This document shows positions 1 through 11,533 of a stretch of DNA of 64,000 nucleotides, one piece after another. Within the stretch, counting starts at the first letter, position 1. Each line of letters starts with the position of its first letter. A program made the position numbers and the translations under genes. The stretch spans positions 4,963,181 to 5,027,180 of the forward strand of contig OZ316895.1 in assembly GCA_973895155.1 (NCBI GenBank), read 5' to 3'. The notes under the pieces were generated by a model. The model was not told where the DNA came from and did not search any database. It worked only from the letters and a program-made list of their open reading frames with translations. This DNA is from Marsupella aquatica (taxonomy: Eukaryota; Plantae; Marchantiophyta).

Positions 1-1589
1 ATAGAGGTAGGGCCTATAATGTATGATAGCCCACACAACAGCAAGGCATTCACCCTCATAAAAAGAATAATGACTCTTTGCCTGATTGTTGCTCCTGGAT
101 GCATAGGCAATGACGTACTCTTTACCTTCCTCATCATGCTCCCAGAATGGCACCAATCCCAAGGGCACTCCAATCTATGTGTAGCACAAAGACCTTGTTG
201 AAATCAGGTCTTCTCAGCACCGGGTATTCTGAGAGCTTCTCCTTCAAAGTGGCAAATGCTGCCTCAACATCTGTACTCCATGTCCAAGTCACATTCTTTT
301 TCAACAAAGCATACAATGGGTGTGCAATGGTACTGAAATCTTTGATGTAGATCCGGTAGTAATTGCACAACCCAATAAAACTCCTCAAAGTGTGAACATC
401 GGTAGGAGTGGGCATTTCCAAGATGGATACCACCTTGGCCCAGTGAGCCATGGTTCCATTTGGAAGAATGCGATGCCCAAGATATACTACTGATCTGACA
501 ACAAATTCACACTTCTTGGGGTGTATCTTTAGGTTCACCTTCTTAAGCCTCATGAATAGTTCCTCAAGGTCAAGTAGATGCTGGTCAAATCCTTTGCTGT
601 GGACCAACACATCATCAATGTAGCATTTCAGAAACTCAGCACCTTGAAGAACCTGGTCCATGACTCTTTGAAAGAATAAGGGCGCATTTTTCAAGCCAAA
701 TTAATGGCATCACCAACCACTCCCATAGTTGGTTACTACCATGGAAAGCTGTTTTCTTGCGGTCCTTTGCAAGCAGCAAAATCTGGTTAAAGCCTTGCCT
801 TAGATCCACAAGAGTGAAGATGTCTGAGTCTCCAATGCTGTCAAATAGCTCCTCTGGCCGTGGCATGGGGTACCTGTCCTGGGGTGTGACCAGGTTTAGT
901 GGCCTGTAGTCCCCACACATGCGCTTCTCTGTCCACAATCCACTGGAATCCTTCTTTGCTGGCATCACTGTAGCTGCTGCAAAATCTGATGTAGATGGCT
1001 AAATAAGACCAGCTTCATATAACTCTTGGCACCTCTCATCCACCAGCTGCCACTCATGCTTACTCAAACGGTGTCTCCGCCTGAAGATAGGTGTTTCATC
1101 AGCCAACTCAATGGAGAACTGCATAGTCTTGCACTTACCCAAGTCCTTCATAGAGAAAGCAAACACATTCTCATGCTTGAGGAGCAAATTCAGTAGCTGG
1201 TCCTTCTATCTTTTACTCAGGTGGTTGCCCATGATGAATGTGTAGTTGGCAACACTAGTCTGAATAGGACCTGATGTACTCGTGCTTGAAGAGCCAGAAG
1301 TGCTAGCCTCTCCACTGTCCAAGCTGCTAGCATGCTGCTGATAAGGTGATGAGGCCTCTCCAAGGCCTGTTGTATCTGTTGCTCTGGTCTGATCCACACC
1401 ATGAAACTCAGAAAAAATATCAGCCACGTTACAAGGGACCTCCTCCCCCCCAACACTTGGACTGAAGCGGTGAGTGTTGAATAGAGGTAAGTGCACTTGG
1501 TTTGGATGCCATGTAGCAGCACCATGGAGTGGTAGGGCTGGAACTCCTGATGCTGGATGAATGTACATCTGAAAAAGGATGCAAGTGAC

Positions 1590-2505
1590 CAGAAGCCAAG
1601 TGAGAGCATTAAGATCCATTACCCTGCCAAGTAAAGCATTCCTGGCCAACCTGGTGATCTGGGTGTGACCTGTAGTACCGGATTGGAAGCCCATAGCCCG
1701 TTCTCTCTCCTCAGGACTAGGTTCATCCCAAGTACCGGTAGAATGTCGATAAACCAGGCCAGGACCATCACCCTGAAAGGCATGTGCACCTGGAAAGGAT
1801 ACAAATGTAGGCCAAGCAACACGGGGCTGTCCAATGGTATTGGCTGGATACCAAGGTGCTGGCTCTTGCCGTGTAACCGGTTAGAAAGAACTGTCAGGAT
1901 CCAAAATCTGGTCCACTGTGAGGTTAGTGTCCGTAGATGTGTGGTGAAGAGCTAACTCCAACAAGGAAGGTGGTGCAAGGTTAGTCCAAAAGTTACGAAG
2001 ACGATGTGCATAAGAACCACAGTGCACTGCATCAATGAGAAGGGGTGGTCCCAAGTAGTGTTGGACCACACTGAAATCCTCTTTGAGTTGTGGTCGCTGG
2101 TCAAACTGAGATGGAGTATTCTCAATAATATAACCAACAACAGGATAAAGGGATTGAGCCCAGGTGAGAATCTGAACCAATGCTATGAAAAGGCCAGAAC
2201 GAGAATCATGCAATCCAGCACTGTGACCAGCAACTGAAAACCCTTGGCATTCCCAACCAGCTATGATCAAATCAAGGGAGCCAAGAAGGGTTAAGTGCCA
2301 GTGCTGGACAAGCTGGATATCTGGAGGAAAGAAAGAAAATGCAGACTTCCATGCACTGTGTGGAAACTGCTGAGGAAATTGCTCTTGCCTTTGCCTTGCA
2401 CCTGGATCAATATCCACATAGATGTACTGCTTCACCACCATGCCAGACTGTAGGAGAGCTTCCAGGCCTGTAGAAATGCCACCAAAAAGCTCAAGCAATG
2501 TAAGG
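1590..2505 (-). other. C5 cytosine methyltransferase (DNMT3-like) domain inside polyprotein A1
   Basis: Motifs LLELFGGISTG (I), IIAGWECQG (IV), YIIENTP (VI), AHRLRNFWTN (VIII), MGFQSGTT (IX), RNALLGRVM (X). Boundaries approximate. Confidence 0.88.
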
Positions 2506-5413
2506 CCATCCGGAGCAGGAGTCCATGTAATTGGTGCGCTCAAGATTGGGGCTATTGGCTGTCCATTGTGCTGCCCAAGGTCTTCAAACTTGCGCAATGC
2601 AGCCACCAAAGGTCCATGGGCTGCTTGGAGCCGTTGTACCACCTCTGGTTGATGATCCACGTTGCTGGAAAGTGCTACTATACGTGCAGCAGCATGTGCA
2701 GTAGCCACCTCATCGTCATCCTCCTCAATCCAATCTTGCAATGGGTGGTTGACATAGGTAGCTGTGTGCACTGCTTTCAACACACAGTGGTGAGCCATAG
2801 GTGTATGGGCACCATGCAAATCAAGTGGAATATAGCCCAAGTGTGAGCCATCAGTATGCCAATTAACTCTGTAGTATGCATGCTCATGCCAGTTGTCAAT
2901 GGTAAAACCTGGTGGGAACAAAGCCTCCTGGCCAATGAGCACATCATACGTAGTGGCATTGGTAACCAAACATTTGACTGGGAAATGCAGTTCCTGATCT
3001 GTATCTCCATTAAAAGTGAGAGTGAGTAAAGTAGAACTCTCACCCAGCACATCCTCCACAGTGCCACTAGCAGTCCGAATGTGCCACTTGGATTGCTATA
3101 AATGATCAGTCAATAGTCCCATCTTCTTGGAAAACTGAATGCCCAATATCACTGGTTAAGCACCTGTGTCTAGCATGACCACCTGAGGAGTGTGACCCTC
3201 CAACTTGACCATTGAATTCCTGTTGTCAACAATGTCAATGGTGGTGGAAACTGAAGTCCTATCACTAGGCACCACTCTCGGCAAATGATGAGGTACCTTG
3301 TGAAGGGAGTTAGTATCCACGGTCTTTCCACTCAACAACATAGCCAGGAAAGATGGAGCAGCATGACCAGAATCAAGTGTAGCTCTGGTCACACAATCAG
3401 CAGCAATCGGTACTGGGGCAGCCAAACCAGTGGAAACATGTAATGGAGAAGAAGAAGGTCCAGTATGTACATGAGATTGGACCTCCAAAACCGGTGTCAC
3501 AGGGACTGATGAAGAATGCAGTGAACCCTCTAGCGCTCTGATGACAGCTCTAGCATCCAGCTGTAAATCATGGCAACTAAAAAGTGGAGTTGTAAGAATC
3601 CTTTGTGCCATACCGGAGGTGAAATGCTCAAGCAGCTCAAGAGAAACAACTCCCTGTGAAATGTCAGCAGCACCTGGTGGTGGAATGGATGTAGCTGAAG
3701 CTCCCTCCCCCCTCGCCAACAAGGTGCGCTCTTCAGCAAGTGTGAGTGGCTGAAAAGATTGGGGCATGATAGCCCGAGCTCCCCTGGCTCTAGTCATAGG
3801 ACCGGCAGCAAGACCATCAGCCTGTACAATGTGGCGTGTGGGAGAAATACGGGAGGCAGCACTGGCCTGCTGGTAAGCAAAATAGGAAGGGCAGAATGAA
3901 TCTGAAAATTCTGCTGTAAGGCCAGGCTGTGGAGCAGAGGACAACACACACTCACCCATATGAGCATCAAATGGCAAGCCATAGAAAGAGCAGGGTAGAG
4001 GTGCTGAACTGTCAGTGGTGCCTGGGCCAGGGATGGGTTGCACGTGACCAACCGGTTGAGAAGGACCAGCAGAGGCAGTTGACTTGCCTTTGATGTTGGC
4101 AAGTTGGGCACGTAGGGACTCAACCTCACGAGTCAGAGACTGGAGTTGAGTTGCCTGTGCGTTGTGAGCCTCCTTCTGAGCTGGTTGCTTCTGTTGCTAC
4201 TTAGGCAATTTATTGGCACTGGATGCTTTGCCACTGGAAGGAGGAGCAGTTGATGCAGTAGGAGCCCTCCTAGCTGGTGGGGGAGTGGAAGCAGGAGCAG
4301 GGGCCTGCTGTCGGAGCTGCTTCCTCTCTGGGAATTTGGCAAAACAAATTGCCTCCAAGTGACCCACTTTCCTGAAAAAATCACAAGACAGGTCCTCAGC
4401 AACAATATCACAATCATTAGCCTTGTGATTGGGGTTACCACAGTAGTTGCAAGATGACAGCATGAAAGCAGCATGGGCTTGCTTGGTCTTGGAACCATAC
4501 TGTGGCACACGGGAAGGGGTGGCCAGTGTAGGGGCAGCAGCCTGGTACCTGGATCGCGGTGGACGTGCAATACTGGCCTCATAATGTGCATGGGCCAAAT
4601 CAAGTTTCTCAGCAGTGTCATAGACATTGAGCAGGGTGTAGCTGTCTCCAAACTCTGAGAATACTTGCTGCAACACTTGCGAATGGAGAGCTGGTGTGCC
4701 CTCCAATGCGCGAAGATAGCGATGAGCAGCTTCCAGGTTAGTGATGCTCTGGGTGTCCTCCTTCAGCTTGAGAAGCCGGCGATACATCATCTTCAAGGTT
4801 TCATCGTGCTGCCTCACAAAGGTGGCCAACTGCATGATTTTGTCAGCACTCTTGATTGGGAATTCCAATTCAAGAACCTGGAAAAACTCAGCCACTGGAT
4901 CAGCAAAGGCAGGGGAATCAATGGTGGGAGAAATGCCTGATGTAGCCTGTGCCAAGACAGTGGGAGTAACTGGTGCAGTGGTGGGAACTGGAGTAGGAGG
5001 GGAAGTGGCAAGAGCAGCAGCATGGGCTGCAATGGCATTCTGTAATGCCAACTATGAGGCAGCCGCAATTGCAGTGGCATAGGCAGGGTTAGGCAATTAT
5101 GTGACAGCAAGCAGCCGTTGAGAGTGCTGCTCATACACATCTAAAGCCTCATGGTGCACATACCTGGCTAGCTGCTTAAATGCAAAAGCATTGTGAAATT
5201 GCTGCCATACTTCAACTCCAATTCGTAAACAACAGTGTAGAAAGTGGATTTGAACTCATGCAAAGAAACAGTGCCTGGCCGCCCACTGAAGCGCTCAATG
5301 CGGCCAGATGAGTGACTGGCATCCATGCTATATGTTCGATGAAGCTGGAACAATCACTGATGCAGAAGGAGTAAAGGGCAATGAAGTGATAGCAGGCTTC
5401 GGAGTAGTGGTGA

Positions 5414-5686
5414 CTCGGGGGGGTCACTTCCACAAATGTTGACATCATGTGCGAACGAAGTAAGGGGCGTTTTATTCATTTTAGGGAAGTACTTAGAAGT
5501 AGCGAGGAAGTAAGTAAGGGGGTAACAATTCAAAAAGTGCCACCTGTCATCACATGATTCATTGCTTGCCACGTGTCAACAAATTATTGATGGGTTTTTT
5601 GAGCTTCCTATTCCTTTTTGAGAGAGTGATTAAATAGGGGCATTCACACATGGTATACAACAATTTCATAAGGTGAATCCCCCGAG
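5414..5686. mobile_element. 273-bp MITE-like non-autonomous DNA transposon inserted in A1 gag
   Basis: Absent from A3 at the homologous site. 8-bp TSD AGTGGTGA at 5406-5413 and 5687-5694. Imperfect TIR CTCGGGGGGGTCAC / GTGAATCCCCCGAG. Confidence 0.85.
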
Positions 5687-7384
5687 AGTGGTGAAGCGAC
5701 CGCCAAATGTAGCAGAAGGATTGCGTGGTGTGGGTGCTGGTGCTGTCTGTGGACGTCGTCAAAATTGCCAAGATTCCAATGAAATTGGCACCAACGGCCG
5801 TGGATCACTCCGTAAGTGGTACCGAGGTGTTGGTGGGGGTGAGCTGCTACCTCCCGGCTTGTCTGCTGACATGCTGTGTGACAGTACCCGATGTACCCAA
5901 AATGTGCAAAATGTGTAAACACACACAAAAACTGTCACCGTTGAAAAACCGTCGGAGAAAAAGTACCCTTAAAAACGCAAATTTAGCCCCCTGTGCGTTT
6001 GCTGATGTATATGCCAAATTGACCGTCAGATGTGTATACACCGGACCCGCAACCGTATGCAGATGACCTGATGTCAGCGGCCGCAAAAGAATCCGAGGAA
6101 AACGGGCCCCTAAAATGTGAAAGGGGGCCCCCTGAAGTGTATACCTCGGGCCCCTATGTGGACCCAAAAACAGAAGGACCGGCTGGCACGATGCCCTATG
6201 CACATAATCGAGAACAAGGTAGGAGCGAACGGAAAGAAATGGGCCCTGCAACACGTGAAAGGGGCCCCCTTAAGTGTATACACATCGGCCCGATGTGGAC
6301 CCAGGAACTGGCAGCAGGTCGATCGTCGCGCGGCGAAAAAGCGAGGAAGGCCGAAAAAGGGGAAAATAGCCGAGGCAGGCTCGCAGGTGGCCGGAAAGAA
6401 GAGAAAAGCCGTCGCGAGGTGGGCAAAAGAAACTGGGCCCTCTTAATGGCATGAGCCCTCCATAGGGCTTCGTGCCCCACCTAATGTGCTCCCGAAAAGG
6501 GGCTACAAACTCCCCCCTCCTCTCCTTCAATGCAATTTGGGCCTCGTGCCCTGGCAGAAGACTCCCGTGTGAGGGAGTTCGAATTTGAACTCCCCTGAGT
6601 CCCCTCCCCTGGTTGAATGCTGCCTAGGGCCTCGTGCCTGGCAGGACTGTGACTCCTAAGAGGAGGGAGTCGAATGTACTCCCCCTCTCCCCCTCTTTAA
6701 TTCCTCATAGGGCTTCGTGCCCTCCTTTCGCTTCCCCCTCCCCTCCGTGGCTGGTGCTCGGCTCCCCCCTCCCTCCTCTTTAATGCTGAAATGGGGCCTG
6801 GCAGAATGGCAGAAGGACTCCAGGGAAAGGAGTCGAATGTAACCCCCGCCCGTCTTTAATCCTCCATAGGGCCTCGTGCCCTCTCCTTGCGCTTCTCCCC
6901 CTCCCCTGCTTTAATTGCTTGCTGACAGCTGACTCCAGGAAAAGGAAAAGAACCGGGTGAGAGCAGTAGGAAGTGGCGCGCGGCCCTATGCCCCCTGCGC
7001 AACATTAAGGAAGGAGGCCATAAAGGACCCCCCAGAAAACGCAAACCTCCCCCCTCCGATGTGTATTAGCGGAAGAGAACGGGCGCACGGAGACCGCAAG
7101 GCAGGATAAAATGCGAAAGAAAGAGCCAAAGCAAGGCCGAGGGAGGAAACAGGGCGCACGATGGCCGTGGCCGGGAAATTGCCATAAAAACCAACGAAAA
7201 AGGGGCCCCGACGGGAGTGTTATGTGTATACACTTAAGTATACACATAACACCACACTAAACCCATAGTTTTGAAGCCTTGTTCCAATGTCTATCGAGGA
7301 AATTGCAACGGCTTAACCAAAAATTGTCGAAACTGCCACGAACAATCTTCTTCCCTTCACCGCTAACTCGACAATTCTTCTTGA

Positions 7385-7742
7385 ATAAAAGGCGTAAGAG
7401 AAACAATCGTACTGAAATCAAATCGAAAACCGGCGGGATGCCAAGATCGGCCGGGAGCATCTAACGAATCACTGTGTGAATCCCGTGTACGGAACTGACG
7501 AGCACTGTCTGAGCTCTGTCAACAGCGATTCAAGAAGAACTGAAAACCCACAAAGAAAGACATGCCCTAAGTAAACAAAGTCCTGGCGTCACACTAACAA
7601 GCGTGTTTGCTTCAAGAACGTCTTGCATTTGCTATAAGAACATGTCGCTAACTCAAGTAGTACACTAGCCCTAACTACATACCTAGCGGGCATGCGAGGG
7701 ACATGTCGATGTGCATAAGAGGCATTGTCCCTCTGCATGACA
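7385..7742 (-). repeat. Terminal repeat segment 'A' (5' end) of copy A1
   Basis: Matches 45202-45558, 62763-63121 and 25612-26611. Begins TGTCATG on the element sense strand. Confidence 0.9.
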
Positions 7743-8345
7743 ATGGTCTTGTTAGTAAAGGGGACGTTACAAGTTAGCCACAGCACTAACAGGCATTATT
7801 ATCATGGCTGAAAGGGAGCTCAGACTTGGGTGTACAACTAGATGCCATGCATGACAGACAGAAAAACCTGAAAAGTGTTGTGTACTTTTTCTAAAGTGAA
7901 TTCAGCCTGGCACTTGCCACTTTATTTGCCCCTAATGTGCATTATTCACATGCAGACCGGCAGGAACTCATCTGGGAGAAATGGTCTGGACATAATCTAC
8001 AGCCCTTATCATAGTTTGTCCTCAGCAGAAAGTCAAGCTGAAAACGGCATAGAAACTAGCTTGGACATGTCACAAGGAGAAAACAAGCTATTGTTTGGGA
8101 CTTCACATGGAAAGCACTACGGGGAGGAAACCAACCTTCTCTGCTAGATGAATCACAACCAACCTTATCTACCAGAACAGTCACAGAAAATTCTTTACTC
8201 TGGAATCCAAATTTCCAATCGTGTAGCCTTTAAGGAATGGAGCCCTAGACTGTATGGGCTCCATTCCTTAAACGATCCAGGAGCTCGTTTAAGAGCAAAC
8301 TCCAACATTGATTGCACCACTAATTACAGTCAACCGTGTCAAAGT

Positions 8346-9297
8346 GCTCTAAATTTCAGGAAACGTTTTCATGAAAATAGGAACATGGAATAAAAGTGGT
8401 TTTGAGCGCTCCTCTTCATGTACAGTTGAACTCAACTGCACACTCAATCCTGGCAAGAGACTCTGAAAGTAATAACTTTTGTTCATACTATATCCTGCTC
8501 AAAACTTCAGGAAACACTTTTATGAAAATATAGGAGCATAGAAGAGAAATGGTTCTGAGCGAGCCTCTTCCTGTACACTCAATCCCGCCAACGAGATGAA
8601 TTGACTCTTGCAACGCTTCCCCAACCCTCAGGTAACCGCTCCAATTTGGGACAATCTAATAGCAAACTGCGTACCGGATTGAGATCCCCCAAACGGTCAG
8701 GTATCCTCTCCAATTTGAGACAACCCAACGTCACGAATCGGATGGATTCGAGAGCGCCAAAACTGTTCGGTAAGCTCTCTAGCTCTTTGGACTCAATGGT
8801 CAAATCCATGAGACTCGCGAGCTGGCCAAAGTCATCCGACAACCTTTTCAGTCCCCAACACCTCTCTAGTGTTAATTTTTCCAGTGAAGAGAGCCTTCCG
8901 AAACCGTCGGACGGTCGGTGCAATTTAGAACAATTCAATGTAACCACATGCAGCGCTTTGAGAGAACCGAAGCTGTCGGGTAGTGTCTCGAGCTCATCGG
9001 AGACAATGGTTAAATCTTTCAGAGTTGCCATTTGGCCGAAATCATCCGGCAAACTTTTCAGCTGCGAACAGCTTAGTCTTAATTCTTCAAGTGAGGAGAG
9101 CCTTCCGAAACTGTTGGGCAGCCTCTCCAATTTGGGAACAGCCAACCGCAACCTTCGCAATGATTTGAGAGCGCCAAAACTGTCCGGTAAGGCCTCCAGA
9201 AGGCGGGTTTCAATGGTCAATTCCTTCAGACGCGTATGCTGTCCGAATGATTCGGCCAATTTAAGATACTCAACCTTCAACAGTTCCAAATTGTTCC
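8346..9297 (-). pseudogene. Truncated duplicate of the LRR/3' end of the neighbouring NLR gene
   Basis: ORF 8579-9334 is near-identical to parts of the 11534-13690 LRR exon (KVEYL.LAESFGQHTRLKELTI...; ...RIPDRLGDLNPV.S.LLDCPKLERLPEGWGS). Flank 8346-8600 matches 11191-11448. No NB-ARC upstream. Confidence 0.85.
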
Positions 9298-10656
9298 TCT
9301 CACTATATTTATCTAGTGCATTTCCTTGTAACATAGTAATATATAAATAAATAAATTAATTAGTTAGCTAATATGTACATTTGGGGACTTCTGGAAAAGA
9401 AAAGTTCCATTATTCTCCAAATAAGTGTGACCAGTAAGTACAGTCCTTATTGTCTAAGTGCATTTCATATATTAGTGCAGGCTGATCCTGTACCACACTG
9501 GTAACTTGTTCTGATCAAATATAGCAAATGTGACCATTCAGACTTTTCTCAGCCAAGGAAAAATCTACAAAGTTCCAAAGATGAGTCTCATTTTCCTGCC
9601 ACATTTCACTTGTCCATGTAATATGTACTACATGAGCAGGAAAGATGATTTCTAGCTGTTCACCCGGAGTTGCAAAATATCTATAGGAGCATGTTGACAA
9701 AAGTGGAAGTCCCATCCGGGCTTCAATTTCAAAAAGAGCAGTTACCCGTGATCAAAGTAGTCAATTAACGCACGCACAAAAACCACAATGATCTGCACAT
9801 GTACCATTCCAGCTTTCCCTCAGTAAAACCTTTTGCATTACCCGCCCACTGTGCTCCATTTCAGAATTAAACCTACTTTGCACAGCAGAAAAAACATCAG
9901 GACTTGCAAAGCCTGCAAGCTTCCTCTGGAGTAAAGTAAGCTAGCAGCAACAATGGCCATTGCAAAATTAACAGTGTTTACATAGAATGGGATACCTGAG
10001 GTTGGGGGTGGCAGTTATTAGGCGGGCAAGGAGCTTTTTCGGAACATTCTGGACACAGGGCTATAGACTATAGTAGTAGTAATTAGGTTCACACATAAAA
10101 TAATTAAATCAAAAAATTGCCACCAAAATGCACAAATTTGAAGCGTTAGATGCCTTAGCCCAGGAAACTTGCGGGCCCTTCCATGAAATTGAGAAAAAGA
10201 TTAAAATGGAGATACTAAAGCTCAGAAAAGTTATTGGGGCAAAATACTCTGGAAAACATCCTTGTCCATTGAAACATTAATGCTGTCGGGGAAAAGTCTC
10301 TCAGAAACATTTTGGCTGGGAAAACTTCTGCCATCATATGGCAGCCACTGGGCAGTAAATTTAATAATTCTTTTGCATTGGAAGATCACCCAATCAGGTT
10401 ACAACTCCAGTCAAGACCCCACCCAGACATCTATTTTTGTACCAAAGTTTTTTCCAGAAAACTGTTTCCAGGCTTGAGACTGAGAAACTGAAACCCGCAT
10501 GGACTTCCTCATTGTCTATGAAGCCCAGATGGACTGGCAAAGCTTAGATGTTCTTGCTCATAACTTTTAAACTAGCTCCCAACAATATTGTTTAACCTTT
10601 TGACTGAAATGTGACCTATAAGCAGTCTCCTTACAGTTTGCAGTAGGTTTCAGTTG

Positions 10657-10941
10657 CATTACAGATCTGGTCTCTTTGGTAATTTGATGACTTGTCAATC
10701 TTGAACCCGAAAGACATCAAGACATCATGCCATTACTCACAAACACTAGTTGTTCAATTGGGCTGAGAAGAAGTTCCATTCTTTTCCAGGCATCATTTTA
10801 CATTACAGATCTGGTCTCTTTGGTAGTTTGATGACTTGTCGACCTTGAACCCGAAAGACATCAAGACATCATGCCCTTACTCAAGAACACTAGTTTTTCA
10901 ATTGGGCTGAGAAGAAGTTCCATTATTTTCCAGGCATCATT
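10657..10941. repeat. Tandem duplication, about 144-bp unit x2
   Basis: CATTACAGATCTGGTCTCTTTGGT...TTCCAGGCATCATT starts at both 10657 and 10801. Confidence 0.85.
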
Positions 10942-11533
10942 GCTGACCCATTCAGACAAAATAGCACTAGAGGTCAATCTAAAAAAAACATGACTTGACA
11001 TCTTGACTACTTTCTCTGCAAGGTAGTCTAAGTAGTCAACTCCAATCTGCAACCATTTCCTTTATCTTTTTGGTGTAAGAGCAGCAATCACTTTATGCAA
11101 TCCATGGGGATGGACAGGGACATTGTCCTGGTCCATCCAGGCTTCAGATTCAGTCTTTGTCCGCACAAATTTTTGTCCATACTACATCCTGCTCTAAAGT
11201 TCAGGAAACGTTTTCATGAAAATAGGAACATGGAATAGAAGTAGTTTTGAGCCCACCTCTTCTTGTACTGTACACTCAATCCTGGCAAGAGACTCTGAAC
11301 GTAATAACTTTTGTTCATACTACATCCTGGTCAAAACTTCAGCAAACATTTTTAGGAAATATATAGGAGCATAGAGTAGAAATCAATGGTTCTGAGCGAG
11401 CCTCTTCCTGTACACTCAGCTGTACACTCAATCCCGCCAACGAGATGAGTGTACCCATCTTATCATTTGATTTGGTCAGCTCCTCCCATGATATTTCCTG
11501 TTTATCTCATTGATGCATGTCCCAACCTGTTTC

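Larger units (their letters stand above)
1..5872 (-). pseudogene. Disrupted gag-pol polyprotein of copy A1 (Gag-PR-DNMT-RT-RH...)
   Basis: ORFs 4197-5051, 3156-4043, 1881-3059, 1206-1694, 999-1187, 636-968 and 134-694 are colinear with the other copies but broken by stops, frameshifts and a 273-bp insertion. The ATG (MSA...) at 5872 is placed by homology to the A3 start at 61015. Confidence 0.88.
1..7742 (-). mobile_element. Ty3/Gypsy-like DNMT-PHD retrotransposon, family A copy A1 (3' part runs off the window)
   Basis: Minus-strand fragments of Gag (zinc knuckle CNYCGNPNHKANDC), protease (VMLDTGA), DNMT, RT (CYIDDVLV) and RNase H. The right terminus ...GCATGACA at 7742 matches the termini of the copies ending at 45558 and 63121. 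Confidence 0.95.

Noticed and set aside
10030-11170. Possible degraded DNA-transposase remnant between the LRR fragment and the NLR
   Set aside because: Only weak peptide resemblance, many stops, and no definable TIR or TSD.
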